From positions 4,266 to 67,114 of the forward strand of contig DAMCAL010000001.1 in NCBI GenBank assembly GCA_032059585.1: a DNA stretch of 62,849 nucleotides. Reading direction: 5' to 3'. Under the pieces are notes generated by a model, which was not told the DNA's origin, searched no databases, and saw only the letters and a program-made list of their open reading frames with translations. Positions within the stretch are counted from its first letter, which is position 1. Each line of letters begins with the position of its first letter. Positions 9,969 to 19,787 of the stretch are shown piece by piece. A program made the position numbers and the translations under genes. The DNA comes from Burkholderiaceae bacterium (GTDB lineage: Bacteria; Pseudomonadota; Gammaproteobacteria; Burkholderiales; Burkholderiaceae_C).

Positions 9969-11249
9969 ATGAACCCGCCCTCTCCCCCACCGCGCTCCAC
10001 GCCGCAGGACGAACCACGCGACGCAGGCAGCCCGGCTGCCACCGATCCGCAGGCACTGGCCGACGGCGCCAACGCCCCGCAGCCGGCGCCGGCCGCCGAA
10101 GCCCCCGCGCCCGCCATCCCGCCCACGCCTGCAGCGCCTGCGCCTGCGCCTGCGCCCAAAACCGTCAAGCCCTCGCGCACGGCGGTCATCGTGATGCTGC
10201 TGGTGGCGCTGGTCGGCGTGTTGCTGATCCTGTGGGCCTGGCGCTTGGGGCCGTTCGCCACCGCGCACGAGCGCACCGACAACGCCTACGTGCGCGGCCA
10301 GATCACGGTGCTGGCGCCGCAGGTCAGCGGCCACGTGGCCGAGGTGCTGGTGCACGACTTCCAGCAAGTGCAGGCCGGCCAGCTGCTGGTGCGCATCGAC
10401 GACCGGGTGTATCAGCAGAAGGTCCACGCCGCCGAGGCGCAGCGGGCCGGCGCCCAGGCACAGCTGGCGAACTTCGGCCAGACGCAGGCGCAGAACCAGG
10501 CGGGCCTGAGCGCCCGCCGCGCCACGCTGCTGGCGGCGCAGGCCGAGGCCCAGCGCGCCCAGGCCGACCTGAAACGCGCCGAGGACCTGGCCGCGCGCCG
10601 CTCGGTCTCCCTGCGCGAGCGCGACCAGGCGCGTGCCACCGCCGAGCTGGCCCATGCCAACGTGCGCAAGGCGCGCGCCGACATCACGATCGCCGAGCAG
10701 ACCATCAAATCCACCACCGTCTCGCGCGCCGGCCTGCAGGCGCAGGTGCAGGCGGCCGAGGCGCAGCTGGGCCTGGCGAAGATCGACCTGGCCAACACCG
10801 AGGTGCGCGCGCCGCGCGCGGGCCAGCTGAGCGAGGTCGGCGTGCGCCTGGGGCAGTACGTCACGGCCGGCTCGCAACTGCTGTTCCTGGTGCCCGACAC
10901 GCTGTGGGTGGTGGCCAATTTCAAGGAAACGCAGACCGCGCACATGCAGGTGGGTCAGCGTGCGCGCTTCACCGTCGACGCGCTGGGCGGCGCGCAGCTC
11001 ACCGGCCGGGTCAGCGAGATCGCCCCTGCCACCGGCTCAGAGTTCAGCGTGCTGCGCGCCGACAACGCCACCGGCAACTTCACCAAGGTGGTGCAGCGCC
11101 TGCCGGTACGCATCCAGCTCGACCCGGACCAGGAGCTGGCTGCGCGCCTGCGCCCTGGCATGTCGGTGGTCGCCGAGGTGGACACGGCGTCCGACGCCGC
11201 GGCGCCAGCCACCGGCGGCGGCGCACCGGCCCCGGGGAGCGCGCCATGA
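9969..11249 (+). CDS. HlyD/EmrA family periplasmic adaptor
   Basis: TDNAYVRG, DNATGNFTKVVQRLPVRI, LRPGMSV. Confidence 0.92.
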   Translation: MNPPSPPPRSTPQDEPRDAGSPAATDPQALADGANAPQPAPAAEAPAPAIPPTPAAPAPAPAPKTVKPSRTAVIVMLLVALVGVLLILWAWRLGPFATAHERTDNAYVRGQITVLAPQVSGHVAEVLVHDFQQVQAGQLLVRIDDRVYQQKVHAAEAQRAGAQAQLANFGQTQAQNQAGLSARRATLLAAQAEAQRAQADLKRAEDLAARRSVSLRERDQARATAELAHANVRKARADITIAEQTIKSTTVSRAGLQAQVQAAEAQLGLAKIDLANTEVRAPRAGQLSEVGVRLGQYVTAGSQLLFLVPDTLWVVANFKETQTAHMQVGQRARFTVDALGGAQLTGRVSEIAPATGSEFSVLRADNATGNFTKVVQRLPVRIQLDPDQELAARLRPGMSVVAEVDTASDAAAPATGGGAPAPGSAP

Positions 11250-12688
11250 GCGCCACGTCCACCACTGCGCAGGCGCCCTTGTGCCGCGGCCCCATGGCGC
11301 TGCTGCTGGCCGCCACCCTGCTCACCGGCTGCATGCCCGCATACCGGCAGGCCCCGGCGCTGGCCGGCATCGACGCGCCGCCGCGCTGGAGCGTGCCTGC
11401 CGGCGCCCACGCCCACCTCAGCGGCGCGCCCATCCCGCAGCAGTGGTGGCGCGCCTTCGGCGACCCGGCGCTGGACGGCCACGTGCAGGCCGCCCTGGCC
11501 TACAACGCCGACCTGCTGGCCGCCGGCAGCCGGCTGGACGCGACGCGCGCCCAGCTCGCGCTGGCGCGCGCCGCGCTCGGCCCCGCCCTGTCGGGCACGC
11601 TGGGCCTGCAGGCGCAGCGCACGCTGGGCGCCACGGGCGAAGCCACGGCGCGTGTCGCGCAGCCGGGCCTGCAGGCCTCGTGGGAGCCCGACCTGTGGGG
11701 CCGCCTGCGCAGCCAGGCCGGCGCGGCGGGGTTGCGCCTGGCAGCCTCCGAGGCCGACCAGGCAGGCGTTGCGCTGGCCGTTGCCACCACCACCGCACAG
11801 ACCTACATCGGCTTGCTGGCGCTGGAGGCGCAGTTGCAGCTGACGCGCGAAACCGCCGCGTCGCGCGCCGAGGCGCTGCGCATCGCCCGCGACAAGGCCA
11901 GCGCCGGCTACACCTCGCAGCTGCAGTCCACCCAGGCGGCATCCGAATACCAGGCGGTGCTGCAGTCGCTGCCGCAGCTGCAGGGCGCCATCGCGCGCCA
12001 GTACAACGCGCTGCGCCTGCTGACCGGACAGCTGCCGGCGCAGCGCGACACGGCAGAGGCTGAGGCCGCACGTTTCGCCCGGCTGCAGCTGCCCGCCGTG
12101 CCAGTGGCGCTGCCGTCCGAACTGCTGCGCCGCCGCCCGGACCTGGCGCAGGCGGAGGCCCTGCTGGCTGCCAGCGACGCCAGCCTGCAGGCCAGCCGAG
12201 CGGCCTTCCTGCCCCAGGTTGCCTTGAGCGCCAGCCTGGGCGCGCTGTACACCAACGCGCTGCACTACAACCCGGTGGCGGTGTGGAGCCTGGGCGGCAG
12301 CGTGCTGGCGCCGCTCTTTGACCAGGGCCGGCTGCAGGCACAGTACGACAGCAGCGCGGCGCAGCGCGACCAGGCGGCATTCGCCTACCGCGGCGCGGTG
12401 CTGAACGCCCTGGCCGAGGTGGAAAACGCCCTGGTCGCGGACGCCCGGCTGCAGGAGCAGATGCAGCACGCCACGCGCCGGCGCGAAGTGCTGGCACGCT
12501 CGCTGCAGTACGCACGCGACCGCTACGAGGCGGGCTACGCCGCGTACCTGGAAGAGCTGGACGCCCAGCGCAACCTCTACCAGACGGAGATCGAGCTCCT
12601 CAACCTGCGGCAGTCGCAACTGAACAACCAGCTGGCGCTGTTCAAGGCAGTCGGAGGCGGCTGGTCCGCCCCCGCCACACCCTGGTAA
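11246..12688 (+). CDS. Outer membrane efflux factor (NodT/TolC-like lipoprotein)
   Basis: Lipobox LLTGC, WWRAFGDPAL, SWEPDLWGR, LPSELLRRRPD, LFKAVGGGW; real start at ATG 11246. Confidence 0.92.
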   Translation: MSATSTTAQAPLCRGPMALLLAATLLTGCMPAYRQAPALAGIDAPPRWSVPAGAHAHLSGAPIPQQWWRAFGDPALDGHVQAALAYNADLLAAGSRLDATRAQLALARAALGPALSGTLGLQAQRTLGATGEATARVAQPGLQASWEPDLWGRLRSQAGAAGLRLAASEADQAGVALAVATTTAQTYIGLLALEAQLQLTRETAASRAEALRIARDKASAGYTSQLQSTQAASEYQAVLQSLPQLQGAIARQYNALRLLTGQLPAQRDTAEAEAARFARLQLPAVPVALPSELLRRRPDLAQAEALLAASDASLQASRAAFLPQVALSASLGALYTNALHYNPVAVWSLGGSVLAPLFDQGRLQAQYDSSAAQRDQAAFAYRGAVLNALAEVENALVADARLQEQMQHATRRREVLARSLQYARDRYEAGYAAYLEELDAQRNLYQTEIELLNLRQSQLNNQLALFKAVGGGWSAPATPW

Positions 12689-12729
12689 TCTTCAGGGTAC
12701 TTACAATCACATACACCTGCCTCCGGTCC

Positions 12730-13863
12730 ATGAGTTCGCTTGACCCGCGCTCGCTGATCGCCATGGCCGTTTTCATGTCACTGGTCATGGGAGCGGTTCT
12801 GGCCTTCATGCGGCTTTACTACCCGCGCAACATCCGTGGTCTGCGCGAGTGGGCCTGTGCGCCCCTGGTATGGGCGCTGGGAGCGCTGCTGCACCTGATG
12901 ACGTCTGCGCAGTGGCTGCAGGTACCCCTGTTTCTGGCCAATGCCTGCGTGCTCGGTGGTTTGCTGCTGTTTCACCTGGGCTGCCGCCGCTTCCTCCAGC
13001 AGCCCGATCTCAAACACGTGCTGCTGGGCATCTGGCTGGCAGCGCTGGTGCCGGTGGCGTGGCTGATCTGGGTCGCGCCGTCGTACCCGGTGCGCTTGGC
13101 CTTCATCTCGCTGGCCATCGCGGCCCTCCATGCGTGGACCTTCGCGCTGCTGTGGCGCCATGGGCCGCGGCGCTTTCCCGCGCGGCTGGTGCAGACCACG
13201 CAAGCCTTGCACATCGCCGCCCTGCTGGTGCGCGCGGCCACGGCGCTGGCGCACTACCAGGACGCAGGCCTGATGGAGCCGTCGTTCGTGCAGGTGCTGC
13301 ACCTGGGCGCGCATGTGACCGTGGTGCTGCTGCTGACCATCGGCGCCGTGCTCATGGCCACCGACCGGGTACATACCGAGTTCGAACACATGGCCACGCA
13401 TGATGGCCTGACCGGGGCCCTGAATCGCCGCGCCATCCTGGCGAAGTGCCAGGAGGAACGCGACCGCGCCCTGCGCCAGCCCCAACCCTTCAGCGTGATG
13501 CTGCTGGACCTGGACCATTTCAAGGCCGTCAATGACACCCATGGCCACCAGCATGGCGACCGGGTGCTGCAGCATTTCACACAGTCGGTGCAGGCACTGC
13601 TGCGCCGCACCGATCGCCTGGGCCGCTACGGCGGCGAGGAATTCGTGGCCCTGCTGCCCGGGACCGACGCCGCGGCCGCCCAGACCCTGGCCCGGCGCAT
13701 CCATGCCGCGCTGGCCAGCGGCCATGCGCTGGACTGCCAGGTCAGCATCGGGCTGACCGGCTGGCAGGGCGCCCACGACACGGTGGACGCGATGCTCGCG
13801 CGCGCCGACACACAGCTGTACCGCGCCAAGGCGCAGGGGCGCAACCAGACCTGCGTGGGCTGA
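12730..13863 (+). CDS. Membrane-bound diguanylate cyclase
   Basis: N-terminal TM helices; DLDHFKAVND; RxxD I-site and GGEEF; TACAAT at 12702-12707 upstream. Confidence 0.9.
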   Translation: MSSLDPRSLIAMAVFMSLVMGAVLAFMRLYYPRNIRGLREWACAPLVWALGALLHLMTSAQWLQVPLFLANACVLGGLLLFHLGCRRFLQQPDLKHVLLGIWLAALVPVAWLIWVAPSYPVRLAFISLAIAALHAWTFALLWRHGPRRFPARLVQTTQALHIAALLVRAATALAHYQDAGLMEPSFVQVLHLGAHVTVVLLLTIGAVLMATDRVHTEFEHMATHDGLTGALNRRAILAKCQEERDRALRQPQPFSVMLLDLDHFKAVNDTHGHQHGDRVLQHFTQSVQALLRRTDRLGRYGGEEFVALLPGTDAAAAQTLARRIHAALASGHALDCQVSIGLTGWQGAHDTVDAMLARADTQLYRAKAQGRNQTCVG

Positions 13864-13875
13864 ATCGCCGGCGTT

Positions 13876-14919
13876 TCAGCCGCGGTTGGACACCCCTGCC
13901 GCCTCGAAGCTGGCCATCTCGCGCAGGATGGCGCAGGCCGACACCAGCAGCGGCCAGGCGAGCGCCGCGCCCGAGCCCTCGCCGAGGCGCAGGCCCAGCT
14001 CCAGCAGCGGCTCGGCCTGCAGCGCCGCCAGCAAACGCGCATGTCCCTGCTCGCTGGAGCGGTGCGCGAACACGCAGCGCTGCAGCACGTTCGGCGCCAG
14101 CCGCGCCGCCACCAGCACCGCCGCGCTGGTGATGAAACCGTCGACCACGACCACGCGCCGCTCGTGGGCGGCCTGCAATACCGCGCCGACCAGCGTGGCG
14201 ATCTCGAAGCCGCCCAGCGCCGCCAGCGCCGCCAACGGTTCGCGTGCGCCCGCGTTGGCCGCCAGCGCCTGGCGCAGCACCGCCACCTTGCGCGCCACGC
14301 CGGCCGCGTCCAGCCCGGTGCCGGCGCCGGTGCATTCGGCCACGTCGGTGTCCGTCAGCCGCGCCAGCAGCATCGAGGCGCTGGAGGTGTTGCCGATGCC
14401 CATCTCGCCGAGCAGCAGCGCATTGCCCGGCAGCGCGCGCACCACCTCGCGGCCGTTGTCGATCGCCTGCGCGCACTGCGCCGCCGTCATGGCCGGGCCG
14501 GCGCTGGCGTCCTGGGTGCCCGGGGCGATCTTGCGCACGACCAGGCCGGGGTACGGCGCGAAGTCGTGGCGCACGCCGCAGTCCACCACCGTCAGGCTCA
14601 AGGCCTGCTGGCGCGCGAGCACGCTCACCGCCGCGCCGCCGGTGACGAAGTTGTGCACCATCTGCCAGGTCACATCGCTCGGAAAGGCCGACACGCCCTG
14701 CGCCGCCAGCCCGTGGTCGGCTGCGCACACCAGCATCTGCGGCGCCTGCAGCACCGGGGCCTCCGTGCCCAGGATCAGGCCTACGCGGACCGCCAATTGC
14801 TCCAGCCGCCCCAGCGAACCGAGCGGCTTGGTTTTGCCGTCCAGGAGGGACTGCAGGCGCGCCTGCAGCGCCGCGTCCGCCAGCGAAAGAATCTCAGGAA
14901 AGGCCATGGGAATGCTCAT
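13876..14919 (-). CDS. cobT: Nicotinate-nucleotide--dimethylbenzimidazole phosphoribosyltransferase
   Basis: KTKPLGSLGRLE, ADHG, GEMGIGNTSSA, LRLGEGSGA; start at 14919 or 14907. Confidence 0.95.
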   Translation of the reverse strand: MSIPMAFPEILSLADAALQARLQSLLDGKTKPLGSLGRLEQLAVRVGLILGTEAPVLQAPQMLVCAADHGLAAQGVSAFPSDVTWQMVHNFVTGGAAVSVLARQQALSLTVVDCGVRHDFAPYPGLVVRKIAPGTQDASAGPAMTAAQCAQAIDNGREVVRALPGNALLLGEMGIGNTSSASMLLARLTDTDVAECTGAGTGLDAAGVARKVAVLRQALAANAGAREPLAALAALGGFEIATLVGAVLQAAHERRVVVVDGFITSAAVLVAARLAPNVLQRCVFAHRSSEQGHARLLAALQAEPLLELGLRLGEGSGAALAWPLLVSACAILREMASFEAAGVSNRG

Positions 14920-14975
14920 GTATTGATAGCTTGTTGCGCAGACCCAGCAAGCGCCGTGGCCTGTTTTGATTGAAT
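14913..14975 (+). repeat. Dispersed palindromic repeat, copy 2 (cobQ-cobT gap, overlapping a candidate cobT start)
   Basis: TGCTCATGTATTGATAGCTTGTTGCGCAGACCCAGCAAGCGCCGTGGCCTGTTTTGATTGAA. Confidence 0.78.
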
Positions 14976-14998
14976 TTCTTGACGCCGGGGCCGGCGCT

Positions 14999-16453
14999 TC
15001 AGAGCCGAAGCACCCGCGGATCGAACCAACGCCCCACCCCGGCGGCCATGCGCTCGAACACCGCGTCCAGCGTGTGCGTCCCACCGCCGAACAGCGCCTG
15101 CAACACGCCGGCGTTTTCGAACAGGCCATGCACGTACACGCCCAGCACGTTGCCCGCGGCGTTCTGCCACGCCAGGCCGGGAATCGGCTCGCGGGCGACG
15201 TCGCCCGCGGCAGCCATGGCCGGGTGCTGCGCGGTCTGGCCGTGGTGGATTTCGTAGCCGAGCACCGCCACGCCGCTCAAGCTCGCCCAGGGGCCCGCCA
15301 CGTCGCCGAAACGCGCCTGGGTGCTGCGCACCGCCTTGCGCGCCTCGAAGCTGGTGACCAGCGGGAGCAGACCCAGACCGGGGCCATTGCCGTCCACCCC
15401 CACGGTGTCGATGAGCGCCTCCCCCAGCATCTGCAGGCCGCCGCACACGCCCAGCACCTGCCTGCCCTGCGCGGCGTGCCGGGCAATGGCGCTGTCCAGC
15501 CCTTGCGCACGCAGCCACGCCAGATCGGCGGCGGTCGCCTTGCTGCCGGGCAGCACGATCCAGTCGGCCCCCTGCAGCTCGGCCGGCGTGCGCGCCCAGG
15601 TCACGGCGACGCCGGGGGTGAACTGCAGCGGCGCGAACTCGTCCAGGTTGCTGATGCGTGGATAAGCGACGATGGCCACGCGCGTGTGCACGGGGCCTTG
15701 CGCGCCGCCGGCGCCCTGACCATACAGGCCGTCTTCCTCCGGCAGGCCGTGGTGGTACTGCATGGGAATGGTGGCCACCACCGGCACGCCGGTGCGCTCG
15801 GCCAGCATCTGCGGCGCCGGCGCCAGCAGGCAGGCGTCGCCACGGAACTTGTTGAGCACGAAGCCGCGGATGAGGGCGCGCTCGTCGGGCGGCAGCAGCG
15901 CCCACGTGCCGTACAGGTGCGCGAAGGCGCCCCCGCGGTCGATGTCGGACACCAGCAGGCAGCGCGCGTCGGCGTGGCGCGCCACGCGCATGTTCACCAC
16001 GTCGCTGGCGTGCAGGTTGATCTCCGCTGGCGAGCCCGCGCCTTCGATCACCACCACGTCGTTTTCCGCGCGCAGGCTATCCAGCGCCTGGGCGATCTGC
16101 GGCCATACCTGCTGGCTGCGCCCGCGCCACGGCATTTGCGACAGCGCGGTGTCCACGCGCCCGAGCAGCACCACCTGGCTTTTCGTGTCCGCCTCGGGCT
16201 TGAGCAGCAGCGGGTTCATGCGCACGTCCGGCACGGCCCGCGCGGCCAGCGCCTGGAAGTACTGCGCGCTGCCGATCTCGCCATATTCACCGTCGGGCGT
16301 GGCCACCACGCGCGCGTTGTTGCTCATGTTCTGCGCCTTGAACGGCGCGACCTTCAGGCCTTGGTCGGCGTACCAGCGGCACAGCGCCGTGGCCAGCCAG
16401 CTCTTGCCGGCACCACTGCTGGTGCCCAAAACCATGATGCAGCGGGCGGTCAT
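14999..16453 (-). CDS. cobQ: Cobyric acid synthase
   Basis: GTSSGAGKS, PFKAQNMSNN, EGAGSPAEINL, GVCGGLQMLG (catalytic Cys intact). Confidence 0.95.
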   Translation of the reverse strand: MTARCIMVLGTSSGAGKSWLATALCRWYADQGLKVAPFKAQNMSNNARVVATPDGEYGEIGSAQYFQALAARAVPDVRMNPLLLKPEADTKSQVVLLGRVDTALSQMPWRGRSQQVWPQIAQALDSLRAENDVVVIEGAGSPAEINLHASDVVNMRVARHADARCLLVSDIDRGGAFAHLYGTWALLPPDERALIRGFVLNKFRGDACLLAPAPQMLAERTGVPVVATIPMQYHHGLPEEDGLYGQGAGGAQGPVHTRVAIVAYPRISNLDEFAPLQFTPGVAVTWARTPAELQGADWIVLPGSKATAADLAWLRAQGLDSAIARHAAQGRQVLGVCGGLQMLGEALIDTVGVDGNGPGLGLLPLVTSFEARKAVRSTQARFGDVAGPWASLSGVAVLGYEIHHGQTAQHPAMAAAGDVAREPIPGLAWQNAAGNVLGVYVHGLFENAGVLQALFGGGTHTLDAVFERMAAGVGRWFDPRVLRL

Positions 16454-16881
16454 GGGGTTCGTGTTTCCTGTGCGACAAAGGGGCGGCGGGGCGGGTGGGG
16501 GTGCACCATGCACGCCACCAGGTGCCCCACCATGGACTGCGGATCATCGCAGCGCCCGGTATGCACCGGCGATGTCTGGATGATGCTGCTGCGCCGCGCC
16601 GTCAGCCAGTGAAAGCGCGCCCGGTGTGGCAAGCGGGCGATGGGCCCGCCCGCCGGATCGCCGGCGCAGATGGCCGCCAGCGCCGCCAGGTGCCGCTGCA
16701 CCAGCGGCACATCGGCCCACGGGTCGAGCGCCAGCAGCCTTGCCTCGTCCAGCGCCACCGCGGCCTGCAGGAAGCCCGTGCGCTGGCACGACACGATCAC
16801 CGCGGCATTGATGAACTCCTCGCGTTCCACGCGCGGCACCACGCGGACGGTGGCGTAGTCGTAGAGCTCAACCGCGCGCAT
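16450..16881 (-). CDS. DUF3037 domain protein
   Basis: YDYATVRVVPRVEREEFINAAVI...RFHWLTARRSSIIQTSPVHTG. Confidence 0.88.
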   Translation of the reverse strand: MRAVELYDYATVRVVPRVEREEFINAAVIVSCQRTGFLQAAVALDEARLLALDPWADVPLVQRHLAALAAICAGDPAGGPIARLPHRARFHWLTARRSSIIQTSPVHTGRCDDPQSMVGHLVACMVHPHPPRRPFVAQETRTP

Positions 16882-17674
16882 CGATCGCCCCTTGCAGCCA
16901 GCGGCTGCGGCCCTGCAGCCGCGCCTGGAAGTACTGCACGTAGGCCTGCCGGTGCTGCGCCGGGTCGGCCAAGGGTGTGCCCCCGCGGTCCGCTCCGGCC
17001 AGCAGCAAAAAACTGTCGGGCACCGCCGCCAGCGCCGCCTGGAGCACCGCCGGCGACAGGCGCGCCGCCAGCGCGCCGTCCACCTGCGACAGCCGGTCGG
17101 CGCGCGGCAGCAGCACATGGTCGGCCACCGGCGCGAACGGTTTGGCCGGGTCGGCCACCACGCCGTTCCAGGCATGGTGGAACGTCAGGCAGGCGCCGTG
17201 GTCGATCAGCCAGGGCCGGCGGTGCCACACCAGCAAGTTGGTGTTGCGGGCGGTGCGGTCCACGTTGCTCACCAGCGCGTCGAACCACACCAGGCGCGAG
17301 GCGAAGTCCGCCGTCACCTCGTCGGCAGCGGGGTCGAAATTGACGGCGCCGGGCAGGTAGTCCAGCGCCATGTTCAGGCCCGCGCTGGCGCGGATCAGGT
17401 CCTGGATTTCCGGGTCGGGCTCGGTGCGGGAGAGCTCGGGGTCGAGCGTGGCCAGCACCAGGTCGGGAATCGGCAATTCCAGCGCCTGCGCGAGGCGGCC
17501 GCACACGATCTCGGCGATCAACGCACGCACTCCCTGCCCCGCGCCGCGGAACTTGAGCACGTACTGCCCCAGGTCGTCGGCCTCGACAACGGCCGGCATG
17601 GACCCGCCTTCGCGCAAGGGGGTGATATAGCGCCGCACGTCGATGCAGCGCAGCGGTGGCAACAAATCGGTCAT
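16868..17674 (-). CDS. HipA-like (PI3/4-kinase-like fold) protein kinase
   Basis: TPLREGGS loop, YVLKFRGAGQG, LIAE, NVDRTARNTN catalytic loop, WLIDHG. Confidence 0.88.
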   Translation of the reverse strand: MTDLLPPLRCIDVRRYITPLREGGSMPAVVEADDLGQYVLKFRGAGQGVRALIAEIVCGRLAQALELPIPDLVLATLDPELSRTEPDPEIQDLIRASAGLNMALDYLPGAVNFDPAADEVTADFASRLVWFDALVSNVDRTARNTNLLVWHRRPWLIDHGACLTFHHAWNGVVADPAKPFAPVADHVLLPRADRLSQVDGALAARLSPAVLQAALAAVPDSFLLLAGADRGGTPLADPAQHRQAYVQYFQARLQGRSRWLQGAIDARG

Positions 17675-18675
17675 GCCGGATGGTAGTCGCGCCACGCGCG
17701 GGCCAGCGCCTGCTGCGACGCAGGCGCCAGCACGCCCAGCCGCACGTGGCCTGGCAGGCCAAAGGACGCGCAGTCGCGCAGCTTGATGCCCGCAGCGCGC
17801 AGTGCAGGCAGCACGGAAGTGTCGCCACCGGGCAGACGCGCCGTGAAGAAGTTGGCCAGGCTGCTCGGCACCACGTGCCAGCCCAGGGCCTCGCAGACGT
17901 TTTGTTGCGCCGCCTTCCACTGCCGCAGCGTCGGCAGCGACGCGGCCAGCCACTGCTGCGCCGCGTCGCCCGTCCACGTGGCAAGCAGCGCGACGCCGTC
18001 GGCTCCCAGGGGCCAGGAAGGCGCGAGCGCACGCAACGCGTCTGCCTTGCCGTCCTGCACCGCCGCTGCCGGCGCGATGGCGTACCCGGCGCGCACGCCG
18101 GTCAAGCCGAGCGCCTTGTTGGGCGACCACATCTGCCAGGCGGTGCGCGGCAGCGGCGTGGCGCGCCCGTCCAGCCGCAGCGGCGCATAGGCACAGTCCA
18201 CCACCTGCCAGCCGCCCTGCCCTTCGGCTTCGGCGGACAACGCAGGCTCCACCGCTCCGAGCGGACTGGACGGCTCGCACAGCCAGTGCAGTGCGGGGGC
18301 CGCGGCCGGCGCGCCATGCGCCAGCGCGGCCGGCCCGCAAGCCAGGCCCCAGGCATGTGCGGCCCGCATGTAGTCGCCGTAGCCGTGCGCGGGCACGACC
18401 GCCCGGCGCAGGCCCCGTCGCGCCGCGAGAGCCGTGACGCGGTGGATGAATTCGCTGGCGCTGGCCGCCACCACCACGCGCGATGCTTGCACCCCATGGA
18501 ACGCGGCCAGCGCCTCGCACAGTGCGTTGTACGCAGGGTCCGGGTAGCGGGCGCGGTCGGCACGGGCCAGCGCCTGCAGCGCCGCCGGGCACGGACCGCA
18601 GGCATTGGCGTTGGTGGAGAAATCGTGCGGCGGCACGCCCAGGGCATCGGGCCCGCCATGCAAGGGAACGCTCAA
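17671..18675 (-). CDS. cobD: Threonine-phosphate decarboxylase (Salmonella CobD-type, PLP-dependent)
   Basis: HGGPD...[47 protein letters not shown] start overlaps the cbiB stop (alternative start 18687). Confidence 0.82.
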   Translation of the reverse strand: MSVPLHGGPDALGVPPHDFSTNANACGPCPAALQALARADRARYPDPAYNALCEALAAFHGVQASRVVVAASASEFIHRVTALAARRGLRRAVVPAHGYGDYMRAAHAWGLACGPAALAHGAPAAAPALHWLCEPSSPLGAVEPALSAEAEGQGGWQVVDCAYAPLRLDGRATPLPRTAWQMWSPNKALGLTGVRAGYAIAPAAAVQDGKADALRALAPSWPLGADGVALLATWTGDAAQQWLAASLPTLRQWKAAQQNVCEALGWHVVPSSLANFFTARLPGGDTSVLPALRAAGIKLRDCASFGLPGHVRLGVLAPASQQALARAWRDYHPA

Positions 18676-19670
18676 CGTTGCATCCAATCGAAAATTTCAA
18701 AAATCATAGCTGCCAGCGCAATACCAGCAAGCGCCAGCACCACTTTTCGTGCATGAACCAACGCCTGGGCCACCTGCGGCGCGGCGGGCGGGTGGCCTTC
18801 GGAGTGCAGCGTGTAGACGCCGGGTTTGCCCAGCCGCACGCCCAGCAGCTGCGCCATGGCGCCCATGGGCCAGCCGCCGTTGGGCGACGGGGTGGCGCGG
18901 GCGTCGCGGCGCAGCTGCGCGAGCAACACGGGCCGCCCGCCCACCAGCACCAGCAGCGCCGCGGTCAGCCGCGCCGGCAGCCAGCTCAGGCCATCGTCTG
19001 CACGCGCTGCCCACTTGCCTGCCCACTGCCAGTGCCGCCGGGCGCGGCCCTCGCCACGCCAGCCGGGGTAGCCCCACATGGCGTCGGCGGTGTTGGCGAA
19101 ACGGTACAGCGCAGCGCCGGGCAGGCCGAGCACGGCAAACCACAGCAGTGGCGCCACGACCGAGTCGCACAGGTTCTCCGCCAGGGTCTCGATGGCGCTC
19201 TCGCGCACCTGCGCCGCATCCAGCCCGGACGTCTCGCGGCTGACCAGCCAGGCCAGCCGCGCCCGGCCCTCGGCAAGCGACCGCGCCAGCGCCTCCTCCA
19301 CGGCGCCGACCTCGCGCCCGAGCATGCGCCAGGCGAGCAACGGCTTGAGCAGCGCGCCCAGCGCCAGGGCTGCCGCCCAGGGCGGCAGGTGGTGGAGCAC
19401 TGCACGCTGCAGGCCAGCCGATGCTATCAAGACGATAGCTGCCAGCGCACACCAGACAAGCGCTGCGAGCCAAAAAGACTGCCAATCTCGCGCGCACGGC
19501 TGTCGCGGCGCGATCCGCTTGCCGCACCAGCCCAGGGCGGCGCCCATCCACACCACCGGGTGCAGGCGCGCCGGCGGCTCGCCCCACAGCACGTCCACCG
19601 CCAGGGCTACCAGCAGCGCGGCCGCACCCACGAAGAGCCGCGGGTGCGCATCGAACATCCAGGTCCACAT
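18672..19670 (-). CDS. cbiB: Adenosylcobinamide-phosphate synthase
   Basis: [58 protein letters not shown]. Confidence 0.95.
   Translation of the reverse strand: MWTWMFDAHPRLFVGAAALLVALAVDVLWGEPPARLHPVVWMGAALGWCGKRIAPRQPCARDWQSFWLAALVWCALAAIVLIASAGLQRAVLHHLPPWAAALALGALLKPLLAWRMLGREVGAVEEALARSLAEGRARLAWLVSRETSGLDAAQVRESAIETLAENLCDSVVAPLLWFAVLGLPGAALYRFANTADAMWGYPGWRGEGRARRHWQWAGKWAARADDGLSWLPARLTAALLVLVGGRPVLLAQLRRDARATPSPNGGWPMGAMAQLLGVRLGKPGVYTLHSEGHPPAAPQVAQALVHARKVVLALAGIALAAMIFEIFDWMQR
18693..18755 (+). repeat. Dispersed palindromic repeat, copy 3 (in-frame in the cbiB 3' end)
   Basis: AATTTCAAAAATCATAGCTGCCAGCGCAATACCAGCAAGCGCCAGCACCACTTTTCGTGCATG; AT-rich patch in a GC-rich gene. Confidence 0.72.
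19422..19485 (+). repeat. Dispersed palindromic repeat, copy 4 (in-frame inside cbiB)
   Basis: TGCTATCAAGACGATAGCTGCCAGCGCACACCAGACAAGCGCTGCGAGCCAAAAAGACTGCCAA. Confidence 0.85.
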
Positions 19671-19787
19671 GCGCCGAGCCTACCGCGGCCTGCGTGTCGC
19701 CCGCGCCCTACAAACGGCCGGTTCGCGGGACCACACGGGCTTCTGCCCTCCGTTCCTAGATTGGCGCTTTCGCCCCAGGAGCCGAGC

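Noticed and set aside
8102..12688. 1528-aa ORF suggesting a giant fusion protein
   Set aside because: Only the last 480 aa are a real OMF (ATG 11246). The rest is a stop-free shadow frame over the MFS and HlyD genes, typical of high-GC DNA.
16868..18700. 610-aa ORF read as a CobD-kinase fusion
   Set aside because: The N-terminal part is out of frame with cobD. The two genes are separate and joined by an ATGA overlap at 17671-17674.
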